Assembly: GCA_963731735.1 (NCBI GenBank)
Contig: CAVSWO010000001.1
Coordinates: forward strand, 64,761-128,760
Direction of reading: 5' to 3'
Length of the DNA: 64,000 nt
From: Candidatus Kerfeldbacteria bacterium
GTDB taxonomy: Bacteria > Patescibacteriota > Patescibacteriia > SBBC01 > CAIJZX01
The notes below the pieces were generated by a model. The model saw nothing but the letters and a program-made list of their open reading frames with translations. It did no database searches and was not told the DNA's origin. This document shows, one piece after another, positions 29,925 through 39,254 of the stretch. The translations under genes and the position numbers were made by a program. The number at the start of each line of letters is the position of its first letter. Within the stretch, counting starts at the first letter, position 1.

Positions 29925-31334
29925 TTATGGTAGGCGCAGTGTTTGGCCAATCGTTGGTTCAATAATCGACCACTGCGGATGGCGCTGCCGAAGCAGCGTG
30001 GCCAGGGCTGCCGCTCGATCCGGTTCGGAATGGGTGAGGGCAACCAAGTGTAGCCCCGGGATTTTTTCGGCATAGGCCATCAATTCATTCGCATCGGCAT
30101 GCGCGCTTAAATCATTGAGAATGTCGAGTTTGGCCCGGACCGGATAGCGACGGCCATATATGCGTATATGCTTTGCTCCTTGGACCATATGCCGACCCAT
30201 GGTATGAATGGCTTGGTACCCGGTAAACATTACCGTAGTGGTCGGATCGGAAACAAAATTCTTCAGATGGTGCAAGACCCGTCCGCCGGACAACATGCCG
30301 GACGCGCTAATCACCATCCACGGTCCCGGCCGTTTGAGTATCGCCTTTGATTCATCCACGCTTTGAGTAAATTCAAGGTTTGTAAAATCCAAGGGATTTT
30401 CATTTGGTCGTGAAAAATCCTGACGTGATTCTTTGTCGTAATCATTTTGATGTTTGGCGAAGACTTTAGTGATTCGGCTGGCTAACGGACTATCGATGAT
30501 AATTGGGATCCGCGGAATTTTTCCTTCGTCCGTCATCCGGTGCAAAATATAGATTAATTGCTGGGTGCGACCCATCGAAAAGGCCGGTACAATCACGCGG
30601 CCATGCAATTTGACGGCCCGCTGAATGGACGCAATCAAGGCGCCTTCAACCTCATGTTCCGGATGGTGAAGCCGGGTTCCGTACGTCGCCTCCATCAGCA
30701 AGATATCCGCCGCCTCTTGAATTGGCTGCGGATCACGCAATAACGGCCTCCCAGGACGCCCTAAATCGCCCGTATACGCGAGTTGACGGGCTTGTCCGTG
30801 TTCTTGACCGCGAATGACGGTCACGGCTGATCCGAGGATATGACCGGCATCGTAAAGCTTTGCCTCCACGCCTTCGGCCACGGTCGTCCAGGCATGATGA
30901 TCGGTATTGTAAGGCAAATGGACGAAATGCTGCATGACCGCCGGAATGTCATCCTGGGTATACAATGGCTCACCCGCATCCGGATCCTGAATGCCGTGTT
31001 TGCGTAAATACATGGCATCCTGTTCTTGGATATGCGCCGCATCGAGTAAAATCAATTCGGCTAAATCCCGGGTTGCGCCGGTGGCAAATATTTTTCCGCG
31101 GAATCCTTGTTTGACTAAGACTGGTAAAAGCCCAACGTGGTCGAAATGGGCGTGCGAAATAATGACGGCATCGATTTCAGCCGCCGCAAAACCCAACTGC
31201 TTATTCCGCTCTCGCGCCTCCTCGCGGTGACCTTGGTATGCCCCGCAATCCAATAATATCTTTTTACCGGCGATTTCTACGAGATGTTTCGAACCGGTAA
31301 CTTCACCGGCAGCTCCAAAAAAAGTGACATTCAT
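29925..31334 (-). CDS. beta-CASP family MBL-fold ribonuclease (RNase J/CPSF73-like)
   Basis: IISHAHFDHVG MBL motif, with beta-CASP and RNA-specificity C-terminal regions. Confidence 0.75.
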   Translation of the reverse strand: MNVTFFGAAGEVTGSKHLVEIAGKKILLDCGAYQGHREEARERNKQLGFAAAEIDAVIISHAHFDHVGLLPVLVKQGFRGKIFATGATRDLAELILLDAAHIQEQDAMYLRKHGIQDPDAGEPLYTQDDIPAVMQHFVHLPYNTDHHAWTTVAEGVEAKLYDAGHILGSAVTVIRGQEHGQARQLAYTGDLGRPGRPLLRDPQPIQEAADILLMEATYGTRLHHPEHEVEGALIASIQRAVKLHGRVIVPAFSMGRTQQLIYILHRMTDEGKIPRIPIIIDSPLASRITKVFAKHQNDYDKESRQDFSRPNENPLDFTNLEFTQSVDESKAILKRPGPWMVISASGMLSGGRVLHHLKNFVSDPTTTVMFTGYQAIHTMGRHMVQGAKHIRIYGRRYPVRAKLDILNDLSAHADANELMAYAEKIPGLHLVALTHSEPDRAAALATLLRQRHPQWSIIEPTIGQTLRLP

Positions 31335-33016
31335 TGTAATGCATGGGTTGCCCAGGCGCGACGTTCCTGATTTCTAAATTTCGCGATAGCCGTTGTTCGA
31401 GGTTTGGCTGCCAGCAGCCGACCAAGATGCTGCCCAGACGCCAAGGTCGGGATAAAGACGTAATCTGATCCAGACCCATACAACAGATTTGCTTCGGCCA
31501 CCGTTTCGGCCCGCATCAGGATCTGTGGACGCTTAGTTTTCGGCCATCCGCGAACAATCGACTGGAGAAAATGGAGATTATTTTCGACATCAGGACTGGT
31601 TGAAATGATGTAGCGGGCCTGGCGTAAACCAACCGCTTCCTCTAAATCCGGATCGGTTATATCTCCGTAAACCGCCGCGTAGCCTTGGCGGGAAAGCTTC
31701 GTAACGATATCGGGATCAAAATCAATCACCCCAACCTGTTTTTTCGGCAACTCTTTGATGATATTTTGACCGGTCCGATGGGCGCCGATTAGAATGATCG
31801 GCCGATTGACGGTGGTCGTGAAACGGCGATCAGGTTTGGGTGAATCGCGTTCAAAGTATCGTAACCAGTGTTCTAACCATAAATATATTTTTTCGCCATA
31901 CAATATCATATACGATGACAACGCGATGGTAATCACCCCAACCAACGTTATCAGGGTAACCTCGGCTTTGCCGATATGCCCGACCTTATACCCCAAGGCC
32001 GCTAAGACCAAACTGAACTCGGAAATTTGTGCCACCGTTACCCCAGCTAAAAAACTGGTCCGACGGTGGTAGCCCATCGCCCCCATAATCATCAAGACTA
32101 TCAACGGGTTGCCAATCAGCACAAACAACGAGAAGACGACGGCTGGCCAGCCAATGCCTTGTAAGTCCGATAACGCCAGCGTCGATCCAAGCGACACAAA
32201 AAACAGCAACAGAAAGAAATCCCGCAGGGGTTTAATTCGATTACTGATTTGAAAATGTTCGGCCGAATTGGCCAGGGCCAGCCCAGCCAAGAAACCCCCA
32301 ATTTCGATGGAGAATCCCAAGCGCTGCACAATCGCCGCTATAATGAAGACCCAGGCAATACTCGAAACGAACAAGAGTTCCGTTGAGCGGGCGACCTGAT
32401 TGAAGATTTTTGGCATCACGGACCGACCGAGCCAAGCCATCAAGCCAAATAACACAATCCCGCGTAAGAGAATCGCGATGGCTGTTGACCAGTTAATCCC
32501 CTGCCCGGCATGCACTCCAGCCAGGATCAGCAGGATCAGGATAGCCACGAAGTCCTGTACCAGTAACAATCCGACGCTAATTTTTCCGTACAGACTGTGC
32601 ATGTCGCGTTTTTCGGACAATAACTTAACGATAATTATGGTACTGGAAAACGTTAGCGCGATAGCGATGTACGCCGCCGCCAACGACCCGAAACCCAATA
32701 ACAGGCCCAGTATGAATCCGCCGACAAAGGTAAAGGCGATTTGTCCTAACCCAATCACGACCGACGCGGCGCCGACTAGCCGCAAGGAGGAGATATTAAT
32801 TTCCATGCCGATCAGGAAAAGTAAAAACATGATCCCGAGATCGGAAAACGTTTGGTAGAGCGGATTGGTGGCAATCGGTGACAACTGGAAAATTCCTATC
32901 ACCACGCCGACAGCCAAAAAAGCCAAAATGAGCGGCTGTTTGAACACTCGCGCTACCAGACCAAAAACACCGGCCAGGCCAAAGAGGAAGGCGAGTTCAA
33001 GGATCTCGTGGTTCAT
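31331..33016 (-). CDS. CPA2 monovalent cation:proton antiporter with C-terminal RCK/TrkA-N domain (KefB-like)
   Basis: About 12 transmembrane helices, then a GxGxxG Rossmann segment (ILIGAHRTGQ). Its stop overlaps the beta-CASP gene start. Confidence 0.8.
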   Translation of the reverse strand: MNHEILELAFLFGLAGVFGLVARVFKQPLILAFLAVGVVIGIFQLSPIATNPLYQTFSDLGIMFLLFLIGMEINISSLRLVGAASVVIGLGQIAFTFVGGFILGLLLGFGSLAAAYIAIALTFSSTIIIVKLLSEKRDMHSLYGKISVGLLLVQDFVAILILLILAGVHAGQGINWSTAIAILLRGIVLFGLMAWLGRSVMPKIFNQVARSTELLFVSSIAWVFIIAAIVQRLGFSIEIGGFLAGLALANSAEHFQISNRIKPLRDFFLLLFFVSLGSTLALSDLQGIGWPAVVFSLFVLIGNPLIVLMIMGAMGYHRRTSFLAGVTVAQISEFSLVLAALGYKVGHIGKAEVTLITLVGVITIALSSYMILYGEKIYLWLEHWLRYFERDSPKPDRRFTTTVNRPIILIGAHRTGQNIIKELPKKQVGVIDFDPDIVTKLSRQGYAAVYGDITDPDLEEAVGLRQARYIISTSPDVENNLHFLQSIVRGWPKTKRPQILMRAETVAEANLLYGSGSDYVFIPTLASGQHLGRLLAAKPRTTAIAKFRNQERRAWATHALQ

Positions 33017-33082
33017 GCTGCTTGGTGTTTTTGTTCCATTTCTGCCATCCAGTATACCACAAAATACTGCGGCCGTGCGCCT

Positions 33083-33157
33083 TTAATTTCCAAAGATGTT
33101 GAATAACACCGCCAGTACAATAACTGTGACAATAATGATGATGGCGAATTTATTCAT
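33083..33157 (-). CDS. 24-aa hydrophobic micropeptide (MNKFAIIIIVTVIVLAVLFNIFGN)
   Basis: Found manually; it is below the ORF-track cutoff. AAGGAA lies about 15 nt upstream. Sits just downstream of the antiporter. Confidence 0.25.
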   Translation of the reverse strand: MNKFAIIIIVTVIVLAVLFNIFGN

Positions 33158-33174
33158 GGCGATATTTTAGTGTT

Positions 33175-33199
33175 CCTTTTTGGCTCCGGGACTTGGATT
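33175..33199. repeat. 25-nt direct copy of the tRNA-Gln 3' end (ttttggctccgggacttggattcg)
   Basis: Identical to 33331-33355. The two copies bracket a GC-rich segment of about 137 bp. Confidence 0.7.
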
Positions 33200-33332
33200 C
33201 GCCGTCGCCGTGCCGTGCGCGGCTCTGGCCGGGGCCTGCGCTCTTGCGCCACTGGCGCAAGTGCTCGGCCCTTCGAATCATCTGGGGTAAAGGGAATGGG
33301 ACTACCTGATTTCAAAAATTAGGTAATTCTTT

Positions 33333-33406
33333 TGGCTCCGGGACTTGGATTCGAACCAAGATACCCGCCTCCAAAGGGCGGTGTCCTACCATTAGACGAT
33401 CCCGGA
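33333..33406 (-). tRNA. tRNA-Gln (anticodon UUG)
   Basis: Manual cloverleaf: 7-bp acceptor stem TCCGGGA/TCCCGGA, D-arm GTCT-AATGGTA-GGAC, anticodon loop CTTTGGA, T-arm CTTGG-TTCGAAT-CCAAG, encoded CCA. Confidence 0.8.
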
Positions 33407-33501
33407 ATCAGGCGCGGATCACGCGTCATCAATTATGCATGAACGAAGCCGTGCGAGTATAACCGAAAAATCCCTATTATTCAAGCCCCCCGACGGAAAG
33501 C

Positions 33502-34419
33502 CTACACGCGTAAATAGCGGCCAATCGCCAGCACCGAAGAGATAGCTGAAAGCCCAACTCCTAACCCGATCTCTAGCCCTAAAATCTGCCAGACATGACT
33601 ATGGACATACCCCAACAAATTAATGTCGTACTGACCGAAGAAGCGTGAAATGGTCGGATTGATCAAGGACAGAACCGGTAAAATGAGCAACAGGGTAACC
33701 ACACTGGCCACCAGTCCGTACAGGATGCTGGTGATGATAAACGGACCGCGGACAAAGGTATCGGATGCGCCAACCAGTTTCATGATTCCGATTTCTTCAC
33801 GATGTGAATAAATGGTTACCCGAATCGCGTTAAAGACCATCAGAATCGCAATCACCCCGAATAAGAGGGTTAACCAAATGGTCGCGCCTTGAATACGTCC
33901 GACAATCAACGACAGCCGACTGATTAATGTTTGATTGCTTGCAAATTCATTTCCCGTGTCTTCTACGATGGTGCTGTAGCGATCACTTTTGACGAAAGCT
34001 GCGATCGCGTCATAATCGTCAAGTGATCGGGCGGTGACAACCAATCCAGCCCCCAACGGGTTTTCACCCAGTGCATCGAGGGCTGCATTCACCAACTTTG
34101 ACTGCCCTTGGGTTTTCCGCAGCGCGTCAAGACGCTCGGCCCGGGTAACCAAAGTCACGTCTTGAACATCATGCCGGGCCAACAAATCCTGGCGAACTTC
34201 CTGTACTCGATCTTCAGAGGTGGTCGGCGTAAAATAGACTGATAAATTCACGTGATTCTTGACCGCTACCAAGGTTTGCTGGCCAACCACGTTTAAGCCC
34301 AAAACCAAACTCATTAAAAACAGGTTGAGGGTCACAATTAATACCGTCACCAACGATAGCCAGATATTTCGCCAGAAATTCTGACTGCCGAACTTGATCA
34401 TGCGCCACAAAGTAATCAT
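33502..34419 (-). CDS. ftsX: cell division permease-like protein FtsX
   Basis: Four-transmembrane FtsX topology with a large periplasmic loop. Located downstream of ftsE. Confidence 0.8.
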   Translation of the reverse strand: MITLWRMIKFGSQNFWRNIWLSLVTVLIVTLNLFLMSLVLGLNVVGQQTLVAVKNHVNLSVYFTPTTSEDRVQEVRQDLLARHDVQDVTLVTRAERLDALRKTQGQSKLVNAALDALGENPLGAGLVVTARSLDDYDAIAAFVKSDRYSTIVEDTGNEFASNQTLISRLSLIVGRIQGATIWLTLLFGVIAILMVFNAIRVTIYSHREEIGIMKLVGASDTFVRGPFIITSILYGLVASVVTLLLILPVLSLINPTISRFFGQYDINLLGYVHSHVWQILGLEIGLGVGLSAISSVLAIGRYLRV

Positions 34420-34422
34420 AGA

Positions 34423-35103
34423 CTAGAGGATATATTTCCCGGCTTTTTGATCGGCAATCACGTGTCCGTGATCCAAAGTAATCACTCGTTTTTTTAGCAT
34501 GTTCACAATCTCGCGATTATGAGTGACCAACACCACCGTGGTCCCAAATTCATTAATTTTCTTGAGCAGATTGATAATCTCCTGGGCATTGATCGTATCC
34601 AAATTCCCGGTCGGTTCATCGGCCACGAGTAATTTCGGTCGGTGAGCTAAAGCCCGAGCAATTACCACCCGCTGTTGTTCGCCTCCCGATACTTGCTCCG
34701 GGTAGCGATCCATCTTTTGGTCGAGACCGACTATCTTCAGTAATTGCGGAACGACGGATACTATCTTGGCGGTTGGTTGCCCGGCCACTTCCAATGCAAA
34801 GGCCACGTTCTCAAACAGCGTCTTTCGCGGTAAAAGTTTAAAATCCTGAAAAACAACACCGATTTGCCGGCGCAGGATAGGAATTTCATGAAAACTAATG
34901 CGGGTTATATCCCAGCCACCAATCTCGATTTTTCCGCGATCGGGTCGTTCCTCGGCAATGATTAACTTGGCCAGGGTGGTTTTACCTGAACCGGACTGGC
35001 CGACAATTGACACAAACTCCCCAGCCTCAATCCGCAACGACACATCTTCCAGACCCACGTGTTTGTGCTGGTAGAGTTTCGTTACATGTTCAAAAATGAC
35101 CAT
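34423..35103 (-). CDS. ftsE: cell division ABC ATPase FtsE
   Basis: Walker A motif GQSGSGKTT, an ABC signature, and Walker B. Confidence 0.85.
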   Translation of the reverse strand: MVIFEHVTKLYQHKHVGLEDVSLRIEAGEFVSIVGQSGSGKTTLAKLIIAEERPDRGKIEIGGWDITRISFHEIPILRRQIGVVFQDFKLLPRKTLFENVAFALEVAGQPTAKIVSVVPQLLKIVGLDQKMDRYPEQVSGGEQQRVVIARALAHRPKLLVADEPTGNLDTINAQEIINLLKKINEFGTTVVLVTHNREIVNMLKKRVITLDHGHVIADQKAGKYIL

Positions 35104-35133
35104 GAAGAGTTTTGTTTTGCAAGTCCTGGTAGT

Positions 35134-36756
35134 TTACGGTGCCCAGCGATGATTGGCAAATGCCCAGTTCGTAATTGCGGCCGCATCGTTGAAGCGCTCA
35201 GTTTCGCTGGCCGAAGCCAGCAAAGCCGTCACCACCTGGGTACCCTGACTTTTACTGGCCGAACGCGTCACAAAAGTATACTTGGCTTCATCGATATAGC
35301 CGGTTTTCCCACCCGTGATGATCAGCGAATTATCGACTTTTCCGCTCCCCAGGAGCTTATCGGTCGTCACGAATCGGTGAGTTTGTCCGGAGTTCTTGGT
35401 TGTGAACGTGTAGTCACGGCGGACGGTCACGAATCGAATCGGTTCATATTCATGCAGGATTTGCGCCGTCATGCGGGCCAGTTCCTCAGCCGTTGAAACA
35501 TTACCGCTGTTTAATCCACTCACCCCGACGAAGTGGGTCCGGCCAAGTCCCCACGCTTGCGCCTTGGCATTCATTTTCGCCACAAATTCATCGCGACTCA
35601 TGCCCGTAGCCCGAGCCAAGGCATCGGCTGCATTGTTGGCTGATCCGACCAGCATCGCGTAAAACAAATCCCGCTCTTCCAGGGTGTCGCCTGGCGCGAC
35701 ACGGAGATAGTCATACCGTCCGCCGTAACCGGCTGTATCTTCCGCCCCATAGGTAAAGATCCGATGTAAATCAGGCTGGGTATCGAGATAGACGGCAGCG
35801 GTCATTAACTTCGTCAGACTGGCAATCGGTACGACGTCGTCTTTGCGATACCAGGCCAGGAGTTGATTGGTCGTTTGATCGTAGACCGCGAATGGCCGGG
35901 GGCGAATGGATGGGAATGGAATGCCATTATTGCCGACTAAATGCACGGCCGGTAAGGTTTCAACTTTACCCAGCGAAAAAGCGGCGGTGGCGGTACCGAG
36001 CACCTGGGCGGAAACTGGCGAAACATTGACGCGCGTTAATCCGGCATTACTCGCGCCGAGTTGACTATACGCGGCCCACGACAAATCGATTACCCGTCCA
36101 GCCGGCTGGCCCCAGGTTGAAACGATTTTGACTTCAACGGTTTTCCCGGTTTCAAGACTGCGCACCCGAACCAAGCTGCCAACTGGAAAGTCATTGGAAG
36201 TGCCATGCAGCGTGGGATATCGCGATGAGCAAAAATTCTTACAGTACCACGAGGCTACCCCCTCTTCTTGGTTGCGATCTTCCAAAATTGCATACAACCC
36301 GCGTTGGATACCGGAAGGCGCTTGACCGAGCGTATGATCGGCGTTCAACCGGGTCGGCAGCGGATTCCAGATTTTGGCGTCCAGATCATAAACCCAAACT
36401 TGGCGGATCCAAGTACTATCGCCAAATGGTAAACCTACGGCCACCGATAACGGCTGGGCTGGGTTAATATGGGTATTACCGTCAATCGACAGTCGATAAA
36501 CTTGCCCGAGGATTTTTCGATTGGGCGGGAGGGCCGGCAGATCACCTTCGTGAACCGTCCAGGTAACTTGCCCAGGGGCAACGATGCCATTCGGAAAAAT
36601 TCCCGCATTGGCACCCGCAACCGTGAAGGTCTTCCCCCATCGGACGTACGTGGCGGAGTAATCAAAGGCCGGCGTTTCGGTGGCACTGGCTGGGCGCAAA
36701 AGCCAAAAACCACTTGCCACGACGATAGCCAGCAGGTACACTACGATTCGTTTCAT
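35134..36756 (-). CDS. D-alanyl-D-alanine carboxypeptidase (S11, PBP5/6-like) with an N-terminal RlpA-like double-psi beta-barrel domain
   Basis: Signal peptide from MKRIVVYLLAIVVASG. RlpA-like GVASWY…SLVRVRSLETGKTVEVKIV. SLTK (SxxK), SGN and KTGY motifs. The ORF-track start at 36996 runs across tRNA-Gly and is rejected. Confidence 0.7.
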   Translation of the reverse strand: MKRIVVYLLAIVVASGFWLLRPASATETPAFDYSATYVRWGKTFTVAGANAGIFPNGIVAPGQVTWTVHEGDLPALPPNRKILGQVYRLSIDGNTHINPAQPLSVAVGLPFGDSTWIRQVWVYDLDAKIWNPLPTRLNADHTLGQAPSGIQRGLYAILEDRNQEEGVASWYCKNFCSSRYPTLHGTSNDFPVGSLVRVRSLETGKTVEVKIVSTWGQPAGRVIDLSWAAYSQLGASNAGLTRVNVSPVSAQVLGTATAAFSLGKVETLPAVHLVGNNGIPFPSIRPRPFAVYDQTTNQLLAWYRKDDVVPIASLTKLMTAAVYLDTQPDLHRIFTYGAEDTAGYGGRYDYLRVAPGDTLEERDLFYAMLVGSANNAADALARATGMSRDEFVAKMNAKAQAWGLGRTHFVGVSGLNSGNVSTAEELARMTAQILHEYEPIRFVTVRRDYTFTTKNSGQTHRFVTTDKLLGSGKVDNSLIITGGKTGYIDEAKYTFVTRSASKSQGTQVVTALLASASETERFNDAAAITNWAFANHRWAP

Positions 36757-36758
36757 GT

Positions 36759-36832
36759 GCGGGTATGGTTTAGTGGTAAAACACGACCTTCCCAAGGTTG
36801 AGTCGGGGGTTCGATTCCCCCTACCCGCTCCA
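36759..36832 (+). tRNA. tRNA-Gly (anticodon CCC)
   Basis: Manual cloverleaf: acceptor GCGGGTA/TACCCGC, anticodon loop TTCCCAA, T-arm GGGGG-TTCGATT-CCCCC, encoded CCA. Confidence 0.85.
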
Positions 36833-36908
36833 AGGAGCCTGCGATCGATTCGTTTGCATCCGATTTTTGGGTAAACGAAAAACTTGGCATGCTGTCCACA
36901 GCAGTCTA

Positions 36909-37733
36909 TCAAACCCTGGGCGAGTCGGCAAGAACGGTTGCAAGAAAGTCTTGAATTTTGGCTAAAATATCGGCTCGCGCGGCGGGTTCCAGCCAAGGGC
37001 GATGGTGGGTGGTTGGCAAAGCGATTTGTCGCTTGATGGGGCTAGCCAGATGATGGGCAATCGTATCGGCGCTGTTGGTCACCACGTACTGATCTTGCGC
37101 CGTCTGCATAATCAACGCCGGAGTATGAATTTGACCGAGCACCGGTTTAACGTACTGATCAAATATTGTATAGGTTTCAAAAATACTGGCAATCGGCCAA
37201 ACCGCTAAAGAACCGGATTTCTCCATCCGCGCATAGTCATCAGCCGTCAAACCGGATTTTTTGTAATAGGGCGTAAACAATTTGAGTAAACGGAGTAAAA
37301 TCCGCTGAAAGGGCCCACCGCGTTGGTATTTGAGCGGGGTATTCAGGGTTATAACTGCGGTTACTCGATCGGGGTGGCGGGCCGTATAATCGAGGGCCAA
37401 AGCGCCGCCAAACGAAACGCCAAACAGCACTACTCGCTGACATTGGCTGCCAACAAAATCCGCGGCCGCTTCGATCGAAGCTTGCCATTGTTGATGGGTT
37501 GTCTGGCGGAGTTGATCCGGACCTTGTCCATGACCGGCCACGCGGGTGCCAAAAACTGCGTATCCTTGGTCTTGGAGATCTTCAGCCAGGGTGCGTAAAT
37601 CACCGATACTCCCCCCAAAGCCATGAATCAGTATGATGCCAGTCGGTCCGCCGGGGAGCCAAAAGGGTTGCGCGCCAGGGTGTACCTGCGTTGACGAGCC
37701 CGGTAATTTTGGGGTATGGTGTTCGTTGCTCAT
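36909..37733 (-). CDS. alpha/beta hydrolase (esterase/lipase-like)
   Basis: HGFGG oxyanion motif and GVSFGG nucleophile elbow. Confidence 0.7.
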   Translation of the reverse strand: MSNEHHTPKLPGSSTQVHPGAQPFWLPGGPTGIILIHGFGGSIGDLRTLAEDLQDQGYAVFGTRVAGHGQGPDQLRQTTHQQWQASIEAAADFVGSQCQRVVLFGVSFGGALALDYTARHPDRVTAVITLNTPLKYQRGGPFQRILLRLLKLFTPYYKKSGLTADDYARMEKSGSLAVWPIASIFETYTIFDQYVKPVLGQIHTPALIMQTAQDQYVVTNSADTIAHHLASPIKRQIALPTTHHRPWLEPAARADILAKIQDFLATVLADSPRV

Positions 37734-38807
37734 CTAGGAGAGGGGCGGCTGGCCGGTGTAGCTCAGTGGTAGAGCAATGCTTTCGTAAAGCAGAGGTCGT
37801 CGGTTCAATCCCGACCACCGGCTCCATGCCAATCGATTGGTTGAATATCGGTCGGACAATTGCACGTTGGCCTGGCGATTGTTCCAGTCTAATCCGCGGA
37901 GCCAGACGCGCACGCCGGCTGATTTAAGATAGGCATCAATGTAATCGTCAACTGACGGGGCGGCAATAAAAATTTGTCGGACATGGACTTGCCGCTGCCC
38001 ATCTTGTTCGCGTTCTTCCACGACTTTAATAATGTGGAATCCGAACTTGGTATGGATCAAATCACTGGTTTCGCCGACATTCAGGTTAAAAGCCGCATTT
38101 TCAATTTCTTCAGCCAACGTCCCGCGAGTAATGAAACCCAAATCTCCGCCTTGGGCCGCGTAGGCGTCTTCACTGTACGTTTTCGCCAAATCTTCAAAAG
38201 ACTGATCTCCGGCTTGGAGCAGCTTGAGGACTTGTTCGGCTTGTTTTTTAACATCCGCATTCAACTGGTCATTAAACGACAGATATTCGCGCAATTTCTC
38301 ACGAGCAACTGCCACGCGAATAATATTGGCCTTAAACTGCTCGGGGCTCCAATCGTAGAGTTCTTGTATCGTTTGTTCGGTAGCCTTTCGATCACCCCCT
38401 TGGACCAACTGAGCGGTAAAAGCTTGATCGACGTCAGCCTGGGAGAGTTGAATTTTTTGTCGGTTCAGCAGGGCCAAGGTGGCGGTATCCCGAATCACTT
38501 TGTCCATTGCTTGCTGGCGAATATCGGAGGCTGAAACGGCCGGAAAAACCGTTGGGTTGTTAGCGTGCAACTGGGCCGAATAGTGTCCTAAGCCCTGGCG
38601 AATTTCGATCCAATTTGCTAACCAGATCGGATGCCAGCCAATACTGGCGGCCGGCAACGGTACAACCGTCGCAATTTTCTGTACCCAGGGTTGTTCTTGA
38701 CCGGCTCCGTACACTGTCACCGCTAGGGCGCCAATTGCCAGCAGCGCCAAACCCACCAAGCCGAGTAGGCTGCCGAATATCCAACGATGTGACCAATGCA
38801 TACTCAT
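37734..38807 (-). CDS. parvulin-type peptidyl-prolyl isomerase (PrsA/SurA-like), membrane-anchored
   Basis: N-terminal transmembrane helix. FEDLAKTYSED…GGDLGFITRG…FGFHIIKV parvulin motifs. The last roughly 30 codons run antisense through tRNA-Thr, so the true C-terminus is uncertain. Confidence 0.7.
   Translation of the reverse strand: MSMHWSHRWIFGSLLGLVGLALLAIGALAVTVYGAGQEQPWVQKIATVVPLPAASIGWHPIWLANWIEIRQGLGHYSAQLHANNPTVFPAVSASDIRQQAMDKVIRDTATLALLNRQKIQLSQADVDQAFTAQLVQGGDRKATEQTIQELYDWSPEQFKANIIRVAVAREKLREYLSFNDQLNADVKKQAEQVLKLLQAGDQSFEDLAKTYSEDAYAAQGGDLGFITRGTLAEEIENAAFNLNVGETSDLIHTKFGFHIIKVVEEREQDGQRQVHVRQIFIAAPSVDDYIDAYLKSAGVRVWLRGLDWNNRQANVQLSDRYSTNRLAWSRWSGLNRRPLLYESIALPLSYTGQPPLS
37752..37826 (+). 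tRNA. tRNA-Thr (anticodon CGU)
   Basis: Manual cloverleaf: acceptor GCCGGTG/CACCGGC, D-arm GCTC-AGTGGTA-GAGC, anticodon loop TTCGTAA, T-arm GTCGG-TTCAATC-CCGAC, encoded CCA. Confidence 0.85.
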
Positions 38808-38837
38808 AGCTTACGGAAAATCATGGCGTTTGGAAAG

Positions 38838-39254
38838 TTAACCGGACCGAGGACCAAAAAAATAGTGCCACCAGCGCTGCGGTAGTGAGCCGGAATTTTC
38901 TGCAGCCGAGGCGTTATCGGCATTGGTGATGATTTGTCCGTTCGTATCCTTGACGCTGCCAGCCGGCACAACAATCACCTTCTCGCCGGGTTTTCGAAGT
39001 CCGAGCTGGAGACGCGCTTCACGCTCCTGATAGGTTTGGCTGCCCAGGTAAGCAATCAATTCCTGCAGCTGCTCTTGGCGGTGCTCCTCTTGGGTAATTT
39101 GCGTTTGTAATCGGGCTACCTGAGAGCTGACTTGTCGGGTTCGAAAAACTTCCCGAACTATAGCGACCGAAAAAACAGCCACCAGTCCGCCGGCAATGAT
39201 AACGGCCCACCAGCTCGGATGAAAATTTTCCCAAGCACGTGATTTACGCGTCAT
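38838..39254 (-). CDS. FtsB/DivIC-family septum formation initiator
   Basis: Transmembrane helix followed by a coiled-coil (QVARLQTQITQEEHRQEQLQELIAYL). Start taken at MTRKSRAW; overlaps the upstream gene by 11 nt. Confidence 0.6.
   Translation of the reverse strand: MTRKSRAWENFHPSWWAVIIAGGLVAVFSVAIVREVFRTRQVSSQVARLQTQITQEEHRQEQLQELIAYLGSQTYQEREARLQLGLRKPGEKVIVVPAGSVKDTNGQIITNADNASAAENSGSLPQRWWHYFFGPRSG

Noticed and set aside
36680-36874. 64-aa ORF across tRNA-Gly, and the 80-aa N-terminal extension of the carboxypeptidase ORF to 36996
   Set aside because: Both run through a canonical tRNA-Gly(CCC). The carboxypeptidase has a clean signal-peptide start at 36756.
37691-37927. 78-aa plus-strand ORF over tRNA-Thr (MTSPVILGYGVRCSSRRGAAGR…)
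   Set aside because: It overlaps a well-folded tRNA-Thr(CGU) in sense and has no ribosome-binding site.
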